A DNA stretch of 64,000 nucleotides from an uncultured virus (IMG/VR IMGVR_UViG_3300032117_000008). Taxonomy: Duplodnaviria > Heunggongvirae > Uroviricota > Caudoviricetes. Made by a program: the position numbers and the translations under genes. Numbering within the stretch: the stretch's first letter is position 1; every line of letters starts with the position of its first letter. A model generated the notes under the pieces. That model made no database searches. It saw nothing but the letters and a program-made list of their open reading frames with translations, and was not told where the DNA came from. This document shows, one piece after another, positions 16,951-25,068 of the stretch. The DNA lies in IMG/VR virus record IMGVR_UViG_3300032117_000008; one strand, 5' to 3'.

Positions 16951-17024
16951 GCTTCTGTAATTCAATGATAGAATAATCGACTGATAATCGATCTACCGTG
17001 GTTTGATTCCACGCAGAAGCACCA
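16951..17024 (+). tRNA. tRNA-Ile(GAU)
   Basis: Loop CTGATAA, CCA. Confidence 0.88.
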
Positions 17025-17034
17025 AAAATACTAC

Positions 17035-17063
17035 TTGACTTTTAACTTAAGTCGCGGTATTAT
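17035..17063 (+). promoter_or_regulatory. Sigma70-like promoter of the RNA array/DUF2828 unit
   Basis: TTGACT-N17-TATTAT. Confidence 0.7.
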
Positions 17064-17078
17064 AAATGATAAGAATTA

Positions 17079-17297
17079 AGGTTAGATACAGCACACAACC
17101 TATGTTTGAAATCGCGATAACAGCGAAGGCAGTGATTAGAGGCATCTTCTGGAAAGCTTGACTTTCCTTCTGAGATTTAGCCATCGAAAGATGGGGGAAC
17201 TTTGATGAACACTGGGTGGTCGAGAATCCTTCGGGGTTACTCGTAATAACCTGAACCTCTTCGGAGGATGGTGGACCACAATACCGCGACTAACCTG
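17079..17297 (+). ncRNA. CAGCA-motif RNA unit 1 (large, multi-hairpin)
   Basis: AGGTTAG/CTAACCT closing stem, CAGCA at 17089, GAAA and UUCG hairpins. Confidence 0.65.
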
Positions 17298-17306
17298 ATA
17301 AGTTTA

Positions 17307-17370
17307 AGTATCATTTCAGCAATCCAAAATGCATTTGACTTGTAATCAAAAAAAGCAAAAAGTGATACTG
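17307..17370 (+). ncRNA. CAGCA-motif RNA unit 2 (Thr-like anticodon arm)
   Basis: AGTATCATTT/AAGTGATACT stem, CAGCAA, TTTGA-CTTGTAA-TCAAA. Confidence 0.6.
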
Positions 17371-17378
17371 TTTAATTA

Positions 17379-17434
17379 AGATTGAGTTCAGCAATAATAA
17401 AATCTATATGCAAAATAGAAAAAAGTTCAATCTG
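17379..17434 (+). ncRNA. CAGCA-motif RNA unit 3 (Cys-like anticodon arm)
   Basis: AGATTGAGTT/AGTTCAATCT stem, CAGCAA, TCTAT-ATGCAAA-ATAGA. Confidence 0.6.
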
Positions 17435-17456
17435 TTGATAACAAAGGAGAAGTGAA

Positions 17457-18890
17457 ATGTCAACATTTGTTAATGCCGTTAAGAACCAGACTGCTCGTAC
17501 TACTAATGGTATGAAGGCTCGTAAGTCTACTGCCAATTCAGTTACTGATCTTTTCTATAAGATTGGTGCATCTCGCGGTAAGAACGTAATTCCTGACTTT
17601 ACGGCAGCTTATGTTCAAGATAAGGAATTGGCTGGCCGTGTTGTTCTTTGGGCGCGTGATATTCGCGGAGGCGCTGGTGAGCGTAAGATTTTCCGGGATA
17701 TTCTAGAATATGCTTGTGATCATGATCCTGCATATGCGGAGCGTCTTTTGAAGCGTGTTCCCGAGCTTGGACGTTGGGACGATATCTTTGTTACCAAGGG
17801 TGATTTGCGTCAGATCGCATTTGCGATGGTTCGTGATGCTCTTGAAGCCAAGAATGGTCTTGCTGCTAAGTGGATGCCACGTAAGGGTAAGGAAGCCGCT
17901 GAACTTCGTTCGTTCCTTGGAATGTCACCTAAGCAGTATCGTAAGACACTGGTTAGCTTGACCAAGGTTGTTGAGCAGGACATGTGCGCTAAGAATTGGG
18001 ATGAAATTAATTTCAACCATGTTCCTTCGCTTGCTTCTTCTAGATATAAGAAGGCTTTCTCACGTCACACTGAGAAGTATAAGGAGTGGACTACTGCTCT
18101 TGTTTCGAAGGATCCTGAAGTAGCAAAGACTGTCAAGGTCAATGCTGGTGCGGTTTATCCGTATGATGTGCTGAAGGGTGTTTCTCCTTACGGTTACAAT
18201 GCGTCATATAATCAGTCGAACCTCGATCACATTCGTGCTCAGTGGGATGATCTTCCTAACTTTGTTGGTGATGCAAACATCCTTCCGCTCGTTGACGTTT
18301 CTGGTTCAATGACTTCACCTGCTGGTGGCTATAACTCCAAGTCGAAGGTAACTTGCCTTGACGTTTCTGTTTCTCTTGGTCTTTACCTTGCTGAAAAGAA
18401 CACTGGTAAGTTTAAGGATACGTTCTTGACTTTCTCTGGCAAGCCTGAGCTGCTTCATCTTCGTGGTAACATCCTCGATAAGGTTAAGCAGATGGTAACT
18501 TCGAAGTGGGACATGAACACTAACCTGCATCTCGCGCTGGATAAAATCCTTCTCACTGCAATTGAAGGTAATGTTCCTCAGTCAGAAATGCCTGCAATGC
18601 TGCTGATTCTTTCGGACATGCAGTTTGATCAGTGCACTACTCACGATGACTCTGCTATGGAAATGATTGCTCGTAAGTATATCTATCATGCTTACAATAT
18701 GCCTAACATCGTTTTCTGGAACTTGAATGCACATGAAAATGTGCCTGTTAAGTTCGATGAACGAGGCGTTGCTCTTGTTTCTGGTTTCTCTCCAACTATC
18801 GTTAAGTCGGTGTTGGCTGCTGATTTGGAGGACTTTACTCCGGAGGCGATCATGCTTAAGACATTAATGTCTGATCGCTACGACTTCTAA
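17457..18890 (+). CDS. DUF2828-type TROVE-like/vWA (Ro60-related) protein
   Basis: RDIRGGAGER, GRWDD, AAKWMPR, VPSLA; vWA MIDAS DVSGSM, SDMQFD, FWNL. Confidence 0.8.
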   Translation: MSTFVNAVKNQTARTTNGMKARKSTANSVTDLFYKIGASRGKNVIPDFTAAYVQDKELAGRVVLWARDIRGGAGERKIFRDILEYACDHDPAYAERLLKRVPELGRWDDIFVTKGDLRQIAFAMVRDALEAKNGLAAKWMPRKGKEAAELRSFLGMSPKQYRKTLVSLTKVVEQDMCAKNWDEINFNHVPSLASSRYKKAFSRHTEKYKEWTTALVSKDPEVAKTVKVNAGAVYPYDVLKGVSPYGYNASYNQSNLDHIRAQWDDLPNFVGDANILPLVDVSGSMTSPAGGYNSKSKVTCLDVSVSLGLYLAEKNTGKFKDTFLTFSGKPELLHLRGNILDKVKQMVTSKWDMNTNLHLALDKILLTAIEGNVPQSEMPAMLLILSDMQFDQCTTHDDSAMEMIARKYIYHAYNMPNIVFWNLNAHENVPVKFDERGVALVSGFSPTIVKSVLAADLEDFTPEAIMLKTLMSDRYDF

Positions 18891-18900
18891 ATTTCTAATT

Positions 18901-18927
18901 AAGGGTGGGTTCATCCCCGCCCTTTTT
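18901..18927 (+). terminator. Rho-independent terminator
   Basis: GGGTGGG/CCCGCCC hairpin plus T-run. Confidence 0.75.
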
Positions 18928-18987
18928 TAATATCCATATTTTATAAATAAGAATGGCCCTTTGGGTAATAAAAATATGGAGGTTATA

Positions 18988-19185
18988 ATGGATAAAGTTA
19001 TTAAAGCACTTGTATGGGTAGCAGATAGAGTTAAAGAGCCTAGCACATGGGCTGGCGGCGGACTAGTGGCAGTATCAATACATACATTATTCCCCGGTGC
19101 TTTGGGAGATAGTATAATTGCTGTTGGTGTTGCTGTTGGCGGACTTCTAGCTATTGTTATGCCTGAAACTCCAGCAAGTAAATGA
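18988..19185 (+). CDS. Small two-TM membrane protein (holin-like)
   Basis: RVKEPSTWAG followed by two hydrophobic helices; late promoter at 18942. Confidence 0.55.
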   Translation: MDKVIKALVWVADRVKEPSTWAGGGLVAVSIHTLFPGALGDSIIAVGVAVGGLLAIVMPETPASK

Positions 19186-19745
19186 TTAATATAGACGATC
19201 AAACAATAGCGAATTTAAAAAACGCTATTCAAATTGCATCTAATCTTAATTGGTTTGAATTACGTCAAAAATTTCAAAATTCAGATTGGTTAGGATTAGG
19301 TGTTGTTTCTTTGGAAGATGCTTTTGAAATTGCAAAACCTTTTGTTCCTCAAGCAAATGTTGCCGAGGCAGTAATTAAAATGTTGGCTGGATTTGCCGAC
19401 AGTTATCCAAAATCAAATTCTGAAAAATTAGATATTAAGAAAATTATTCAGTCTATTCTAATAGCAGAAGGAATAGATTGGAAAGGCATAAAAGATGCAT
19501 TAATGGGAAACAACCCATTTCTTGCTGGTAGTTCATTAATAGACGATATAGCTAAACTTATTTCGCCATTTGTTCCTCTATCAGCACCAGTTTTAAAAAT
19601 ATTGGATATTTTGGTGTTTTTAGGTAAAAACACAACGCCGATGGACGCTGAAATGATGGTGATTATTCAAAAATTAAAAGATGGTCAAGAATTAGACCCA
19701 ACAGAACAAAAAATTTATCAACAATATATAGGAGAATCTAAATGA
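19182..19745 (+). CDS. Hypothetical protein with internal duplication
   Basis: Two similar halves (W...K...IAKPFVP / W...K...IAKLISPFVP). Confidence 0.55.
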   Translation: MINIDDQTIANLKNAIQIASNLNWFELRQKFQNSDWLGLGVVSLEDAFEIAKPFVPQANVAEAVIKMLAGFADSYPKSNSEKLDIKKIIQSILIAEGIDWKGIKDALMGNNPFLAGSSLIDDIAKLISPFVPLSAPVLKILDILVFLGKNTTPMDAEMMVIIQKLKDGQELDPTEQKIYQQYIGESK

Positions 19746-20098
19746 ACAAGAATATTTTAATTGGAACAGTATTAGTATCAGGATTAGCTTTGGCTGGTTG
19801 TAATGTTGCGGGAACAACTATCACTGCTGCACAGATTCAAGCGGCAACTCTTCAGGCTTGTCAATTCATTCCAACCGCTGTTGAACTTGCTGGAATGATT
19901 CCTAATGTATCATCTAACGTAACCACTGATGCAAATTCTATTGCTAACGCTATTTGTGCTGCTGTTAAGAATGCTTCAGTAACACCAGCCGCTCCTGTTA
20001 AGGCAGGCGCTGTACGTAAATCTAATGCACCTGTTGTCGCTAACGTAGTACTGCCTAACGGTCAGGTTGTTAAAGTTACTGGTGTGTTTGTTCAGTAA
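19742..20098 (+). CDS. Lipoprotein
   Basis: Signal peptide with LAGC lipobox. Confidence 0.7.
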   Translation: MNKNILIGTVLVSGLALAGCNVAGTTITAAQIQAATLQACQFIPTAVELAGMIPNVSSNVTTDANSIANAICAAVKNASVTPAAPVKAGAVRKSNAPVVANVVLPNGQVVKVTGVFVQ

Positions 20099-20172
20099 TG
20101 AAATTGTTACTTTAATACATCATTTAAAATACGAAGATAAATACTCCGGGAGCGCATTCCGGAGTATTTTTT

Positions 20173-20526
20173 ATGGCAAACTGGGTTAAAAGAACAATAA
20201 AAGGTCCTGGCGGAGTTAGATTTACCACAACAACGAATTATGGTAAAGGATTTACCCATTCACAATCTATTGGTAATAAAAATGGTAGAACTACGATTTC
20301 TCAATCTCCAAACGGAAAAACTAAACTAACACAAACATATCACGCTGGTGGTATGACTATGAGAAAAACTATTTTTTCTTCTGGTCCTAAGAAAATTAAA
20401 TACAAAAAAATGAGATCAAAGAAATTATCCAAAGCCGAAACAGAAGCTTTGAATTCTTTGATCTCATCGAAATATTTTTGGGGAGTTTTAATTTTCGTGT
20501 TATTAATTTTTATGTTTATGAAGTAA
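20173..20526 (+). CDS. Hypothetical protein with C-terminal TM anchor
   Basis: ORF with a hydrophobic C-terminus. Confidence 0.5.
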   Translation: MANWVKRTIKGPGGVRFTTTTNYGKGFTHSQSIGNKNGRTTISQSPNGKTKLTQTYHAGGMTMRKTIFSSGPKKIKYKKMRSKKLSKAETEALNSLISSKYFWGVLIFVLLIFMFMK

Positions 20527-21178
20527 ACACTTCCAACACTCTTTTAACATATTGAGAACGCTCCAGTTTAAATACTTGGGGCGTTTTTTCATTATCAACT
20601 GTGATAATAATAACGATTTGTGGAACTGCTATTTTATACGTCCATTCAAACATCATGGAATAAACTGTGGATTGAAGTAAATAGTTTTCGATCCATTCTA
20701 ATTTCTTAGGTTTCCTTGAAGTTTTGAAATCTATGATAGACAAAACGCCATCATATTCACCAACCAAGTCTGTTCGACCGGCACACTTAAGAGATTTAGA
20801 ATAAAGAGGTAACTCAACGCCGAATAAATTATCAACATGTTTATCTAGTATTTGTTTAATAGGATCAAATGATTCTATATTAACAGGCATTTGATTTTCA
20901 AATATGTTGTTTTCGTTTAGAACATATTTCTCAGCCATTTTATGTATGGCTGTGCCTCTTCGAGCGGCTTGAGTTGAAATTCTTTGAGCTTCAGCTTCAC
21001 CGACTCTTTTCTTCCACTCAATCAATGCAGTTTTGTCTAATTTTTCGCCTAGTATAGTTGTTACTGATTTAAGTTTAGTGACGCCATCGGGCAGCACGTA
21101 GTGGCGCCGCCCGTTAATATTTTCGGTTTTTAATTCGACGAATGGTACAAAATTATGTTTGAATATTTTACGTGACAA
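20516..21178 (-). CDS. PD-(D/E)xK (Cas4/RecB-like) exonuclease
   Basis: SVTTIL, RGTAIH, AGRTD, IIDFKTS, Q...Y. Confidence 0.85.
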   Translation of the reverse strand: MSRKIFKHNFVPFVELKTENINGRRHYVLPDGVTKLKSVTTILGEKLDKTALIEWKKRVGEAEAQRISTQAARRGTAIHKMAEKYVLNENNIFENQMPVNIESFDPIKQILDKHVDNLFGVELPLYSKSLKCAGRTDLVGEYDGVLSIIDFKTSRKPKKLEWIENYLLQSTVYSMMFEWTYKIAVPQIVIIITVDNEKTPQVFKLERSQYVKRVLEVFTS

Positions 21179-21914
21179 TTCTTAATTCTTCTTTTGATAT
21201 AATATAATCTTTTACCATTTTTGATCTAACAATATCCTCGCGTTGAAAATCTATGAATTCAAAAGATTTCATTCTTTTAATAATACGCATGAAATCGTTG
21301 AGACCATTCTTTTCTTGATCTTTAGTGAAATCAGATTGTCTAAAGTCTCCAGAGAATATAATTTTACAATTTTTACCAACACGAGTAATTACAGAATCAA
21401 GCTCGTGGAGAGTTAGATTAGCTATTTCATCAACGACAATAATACAATCATTAAGAGTAACACCGCGTATGAAAGAAGTTGATATAAACTCAACAAGGTT
21501 CTTGTTTTTGAGGTAATCATAGGCATCTCCTCTTCCAAATAATTCAGAACATATCGCATAATAAGGAGATTCATAAACTTTGGCCTTTTCTTTAGGACTT
21601 CCGGGTAGGAATCCCATATCTCTTGTTGGAACAACGCTTCTAACAATAACAAGCTTTTTGTAAACGCTGTTTTCGGATAATATCTGGTTCAAACTTAGAT
21701 ATAAAGATATGAAGCTCTTACCCGTTCCAGCAATCCCGTGAAGCATTAAATTTTTGCCTTGTTGATAGGCTTCAAAAGAACGTTTTTGATTTTCGGTTAA
21801 TGGTTCTACGTGTTTAAGATTAAAATTTAATTTTTCTTGATTTGTATTTTCTTTTCCGTTTTGCTGACGAAGGATTCTTTTTTCTTTTCTTGTTAGACGC
21901 TTACTATGTTCCAT
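21168..21914 (-). CDS. phoH: PhoH-family ATPase
   Basis: GIAGTGKS, RSVVP, GFLPG, RGVTL, TRVG, GDFRQSD. Confidence 0.92.
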   Translation of the reverse strand: MEHSKRLTRKEKRILRQQNGKENTNQEKLNFNLKHVEPLTENQKRSFEAYQQGKNLMLHGIAGTGKSFISLYLSLNQILSENSVYKKLVIVRSVVPTRDMGFLPGSPKEKAKVYESPYYAICSELFGRGDAYDYLKNKNLVEFISTSFIRGVTLNDCIIVVDEIANLTLHELDSVITRVGKNCKIIFSGDFRQSDFTKDQEKNGLNDFMRIIKRMKSFEFIDFQREDIVRSKMVKDYIISKEELRIVT

Positions 21915-21925
21915 TTTTATCCTGA

Positions 21926-22168
21926 TTAAAAAGTATTAACGGTGCTTCTACTTATTCCTCTCTGGGCTTCTCTTTTCACCTTTTTAAGGACATCCCTAAA
22001 TCCAGAGTCTGGTTTTTTTAGACCTCTACCGGAATGGATTAACGGAGCTCCGTTAACGAGTTGAGTTACTTGGGGATTTTCTTTCAAATAGATTTCAAGA
22101 GCTGAAATGCTCATGAAATTTTCATACTCTTCGCCGGTTTCATTGTTAATAAACAAATAAGTTGGCAT
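21926..22168 (-). CDS. FmdB-like small protein
   Basis: MPTYLF.N.ETGE N-terminus. Confidence 0.55.
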   Translation of the reverse strand: MPTYLFINNETGEEYENFMSISALEIYLKENPQVTQLVNGAPLIHSGRGLKKPDSGFRDVLKKVKREAQRGISRSTVNTF

Positions 22169-22170
22169 AT

Positions 22171-22362
22171 CTATTTCCAATCATCTTCGTGATAGTCGTC
22201 TTCATCTTCTTCGAGCAACCCGGAAATATCCTTAGTTTTAAGGGCTTTTTCTATTCGCTTTTGTTTCTTTTTTTCTAGGTAATAACTACGGTTGTCATAG
22301 TTATCTTCTTCTTCGTAAGAAAAATCGTTCTTTTTGAACTTTTTAACGTTCTGTTTGCTCAT
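22171..22362 (-). CDS. Hypothetical protein
   Basis: Operon-packed ORF. Confidence 0.5.
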   Translation of the reverse strand: MSKQNVKKFKKNDFSYEEEDNYDNRSYYLEKKKQKRIEKALKTKDISGLLEEDEDDYHEDDWK

Positions 22363-22769
22363 CGAATAAGTCCGGGTAATGCCTCTACTACGTGTTGAAG
22401 GGTAATTCCTTTAAGGGGTTTCTTATCTTTAATATGACAAAGAAGCTCAGCGTCCTTGGGAGCTAAATTTTCAAGTAGTTGAACGAACATCGTTTCTCTT
22501 TTGTTTTGATTTAGATTATCGTGAAACCCTTTGATGAAATATCTAAGTTTCGTACATTCTCTAATTAGAACACCTTCCTGGTCGTTAAGATCGTTCGGCT
22601 TATATGGAGGTGCACCTTCTGGTAACAACCAAACAATAGAGGGATCGTAACATCCTTGAAGAACCACACGTAAAACCAAACTATCGTTGGCTTTTATTGC
22701 GGCTACTTTTTCTTCAGTTTTCTTGAGTTTCCCAACCTTTTCTAGGAACTCAGCTACACCAACCTGCAT
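22359..22769 (-). CDS. Conserved T4-like hypothetical protein
   Basis: LPEGAPPYKP, KRETMFVQLLE; next to rnh. Confidence 0.7.
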   Translation of the reverse strand: MQVGVAEFLEKVGKLKKTEEKVAAIKANDSLVLRVVLQGCYDPSIVWLLPEGAPPYKPNDLNDQEGVLIRECTKLRYFIKGFHDNLNQNKRETMFVQLLENLAPKDAELLCHIKDKKPLKGITLQHVVEALPGLIR

Positions 22770-23609
22770 TTAGAAATCTCCAATATTTTCCATTAAATTT
22801 TTAAGTTTGTTGCTGATGAAATAATTCATCAACTTAGATTTATCTTTATTGTTTTGATTATTATATTGCTCTATAACCTTACTTCTAATTTCTTCTGGAG
22901 TAAAGTTAAGATCAATAAGCTCTTTATTACGTTGATAGTTTCTAGCTACCATACTATCGTATTTAGACGGGTCTAAATTCATATAATGATCGAATTTTTT
23001 AGAAGTCAACGGTTTCTGACGGTCCCCAACAACAAAGCAATTATCAGCAGAAAGTACGTTAGGTACGCCATCGCCAGAGTCACCTTTTAAAATATGTTCT
23101 TTAAGGAATTTTTGGGGATCGTTATGAGACAACCACTTTTTTCTAGTGGGGTCATATTGTTTAATGTTGTTGCGATTATGAAGTTGAACGAAATCTTTAT
23201 CCCCAGAAAGTATAAGAATTTTATCGTCAAATTCTCTAACCAGAGTTCCTATAATATCGTCAGCCTCAGCAGATTCAACATCAATAACTCTATACGGGAA
23301 AAATTCTTTGAGCTCTGCCCTAATCTTATTCATACATTCGAAAATAGATTTCCAATCTAACTCTGAAGCAAGACGATTCTTTTTACGGTTGGCTTTATAA
23401 TAAGGAAAAGCTTGTTTACGCCAATAGTTTGTATTGTCGCAAGCAATAATCATTTCTCCATATTCATCACCAAACTTTGACTTATAAGAACGAAGCGAGT
23501 TGAGGACCATATGTCTAATCATATTTTCTTCAACTTGAGCGTTTGTATGGTTGCCTAGTTGCATCATAAGATTAGACAACATCACCTGAGACAGATCAAC
23601 GATAATCAA
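22770..23609 (-). CDS. rnh: T4-type RNase H / 5'-3' exonuclease
   Basis: YKANRK, EADDIIG, SGDKDFVQL, GDSGDGVPN. Confidence 0.92.
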   Translation of the reverse strand: MIIVDLSQVMLSNLMMQLGNHTNAQVEENMIRHMVLNSLRSYKSKFGDEYGEMIIACDNTNYWRKQAFPYYKANRKKNRLASELDWKSIFECMNKIRAELKEFFPYRVIDVESAEADDIIGTLVREFDDKILILSGDKDFVQLHNRNNIKQYDPTRKKWLSHNDPQKFLKEHILKGDSGDGVPNVLSADNCFVVGDRQKPLTSKKFDHYMNLDPSKYDSMVARNYQRNKELIDLNFTPEEIRSKVIEQYNNQNNKDKSKLMNYFISNKLKNLMENIGDF

Positions 23610-23613
23610 AATT

Positions 23614-23997
23614 TCACCTTTTGTTTGAGATATTTTTCAATTCTATATTAAGAGAGTCAGTTATTTTTAGAGCACCAGTTTCTTCTTTATCCGGAACAAA
23701 CACGCTATCGGCAATTTTTTGAAATGGATGATATATACCGTAATATTTACACATTATAGATCTTAACGATTCTACGACAAAAGCGCCATCTTTAATATCT
23801 TCATCTTCTTCGTCAGAAATATTAAATCCAGCAATTTCTAATTGATTGAAAATGATTGGGGCTAAATTGGATAGAGTTTCTTGAATATGATAGTGTTTCA
23901 TCATTTCGACGTTACGATTTATTTCTTCCATAGAAAATTCAGGAATCTTAACATTTAAATTTTGTTTTGGAAAAATTACGACGTTGTTACTATCCAT
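23614..23997 (-). CDS. Hypothetical protein
   Basis: ORF downstream of TTGACG-N17-TATAAT (24025-24053, minus strand). Confidence 0.6.
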   Translation of the reverse strand: MDSNNVVIFPKQNLNVKIPEFSMEEINRNVEMMKHYHIQETLSNLAPIIFNQLEIAGFNISDEEDEDIKDGAFVVESLRSIMCKYYGIYHPFQKIADSVFVPDKEETGALKITDSLNIELKNISNKR

Positions 23998-24069
23998 TTA
24001 ATTTCTCTTTGGGTTTCATAATATATTATACCTTATAATTTATTTTTCGTCAAGCACTATTATTTAGGT

Positions 24070-25068
24070 TTAGCAGCTGCTTGTTATTCTTGAACCGTAA
24101 TCCGTGAAACCGAAATCGTAAATTTTACAGTTGGTGTCTCTAGTTACTGATTGTATCACTTTATCGCGATTATTGGGATCGACGTAAAATAAGAAGAAAC
24201 CACCACCGCCTGCACCGAGAAGTTTTCCGCCTAGAGCGCCAGCCTTTAGAGCTCTATCATATATCTGGTCGAAGTAGTCGTTAGTGATGTCGGCGGCGAC
24301 ACCCTTTTTATCCATCCACGCTTCATGGAGCAAACTACCGAAATCGTCGAGTTTATTTTCGCTCAGCAATTTTGCACCAATAAAAGCTTTATCTCTAGAC
24401 CTTCTGACTAAGTCAAACTTATCTTTTTCGTTCATTGCAGCCGCTTGTTTCTGTAAAATAGAATTTGCATTACGTCCGCGACCAGAATAAACAAGTAACA
24501 ATCTCCTTTCTAGATTACTCCAAAGATTTCGATCGTAAGTTAAAGGTTTAATATCAACAGAACCGTCACCATGAAACTCAAATAGGTTCATACCGCCATA
24601 AGCCGAGGCGTATTGATCTTGCTTACCGACTGGATACTTACATAGTTCTCGTTCGATATAATATGCCTTTTGAGCTAGATACTCGCGCGTCAACAACGAG
24701 TAACGGCTCTGTTCGTCTCTATGCGCCAGACAATTAACCAGACCGATAGTGAAGGCCGAAGAAGATCCAAGTCCAGATCCTTTAGCTAAAATATCGGCGA
24801 TCGAAGCGATCGTATACTCTTTAATCACGTCGTAGTGTTTCAAACTTTCTCTAGTAATAGCGTGTTGCATCTGTTCGACGTCGGGGAATTCTTCGATCGT
24901 GTCGTACATGATCTTAATTCCCAAATGAGGAGTCTTATGAAGCATCACGTAGATGTACTTATCAATCGTAACAGACAAAGCAGCGCCGCTTTCCTTTTCA
25001 AAGAAAGAAGGCATGTCGCTGCCGCCGGAAAAGAAACTAATACGCAAAGGCGTTTTAGAAAGAATCAT
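24070..25068 (-). CDS. hddA: GHMP kinase, HddA-like heptose-7-phosphate kinase
   Basis: PLRISF..GGSD, GSGLGSSS, GKQDQY, GGKLLGAGGGGF. Confidence 0.8.
   Translation of the reverse strand: MILSKTPLRISFFSGGSDMPSFFEKESGAALSVTIDKYIYVMLHKTPHLGIKIMYDTIEEFPDVEQMQHAITRESLKHYDVIKEYTIASIADILAKGSGLGSSSAFTIGLVNCLAHRDEQSRYSLLTREYLAQKAYYIERELCKYPVGKQDQYASAYGGMNLFEFHGDGSVDIKPLTYDRNLWSNLERRLLLVYSGRGRNANSILQKQAAAMNEKDKFDLVRRSRDKAFIGAKLLSENKLDDFGSLLHEAWMDKKGVAADITNDYFDQIYDRALKAGALGGKLLGAGGGGFFLFYVDPNNRDKVIQSVTRDTNCKIYDFGFTDYGSRITSSC

Noticed and set aside
17079..17434. CRISPR array interpretation of the repeated units
   Set aside because: No identical direct repeats or regular spacers; the only Cas4-like gene is a common phage exonuclease
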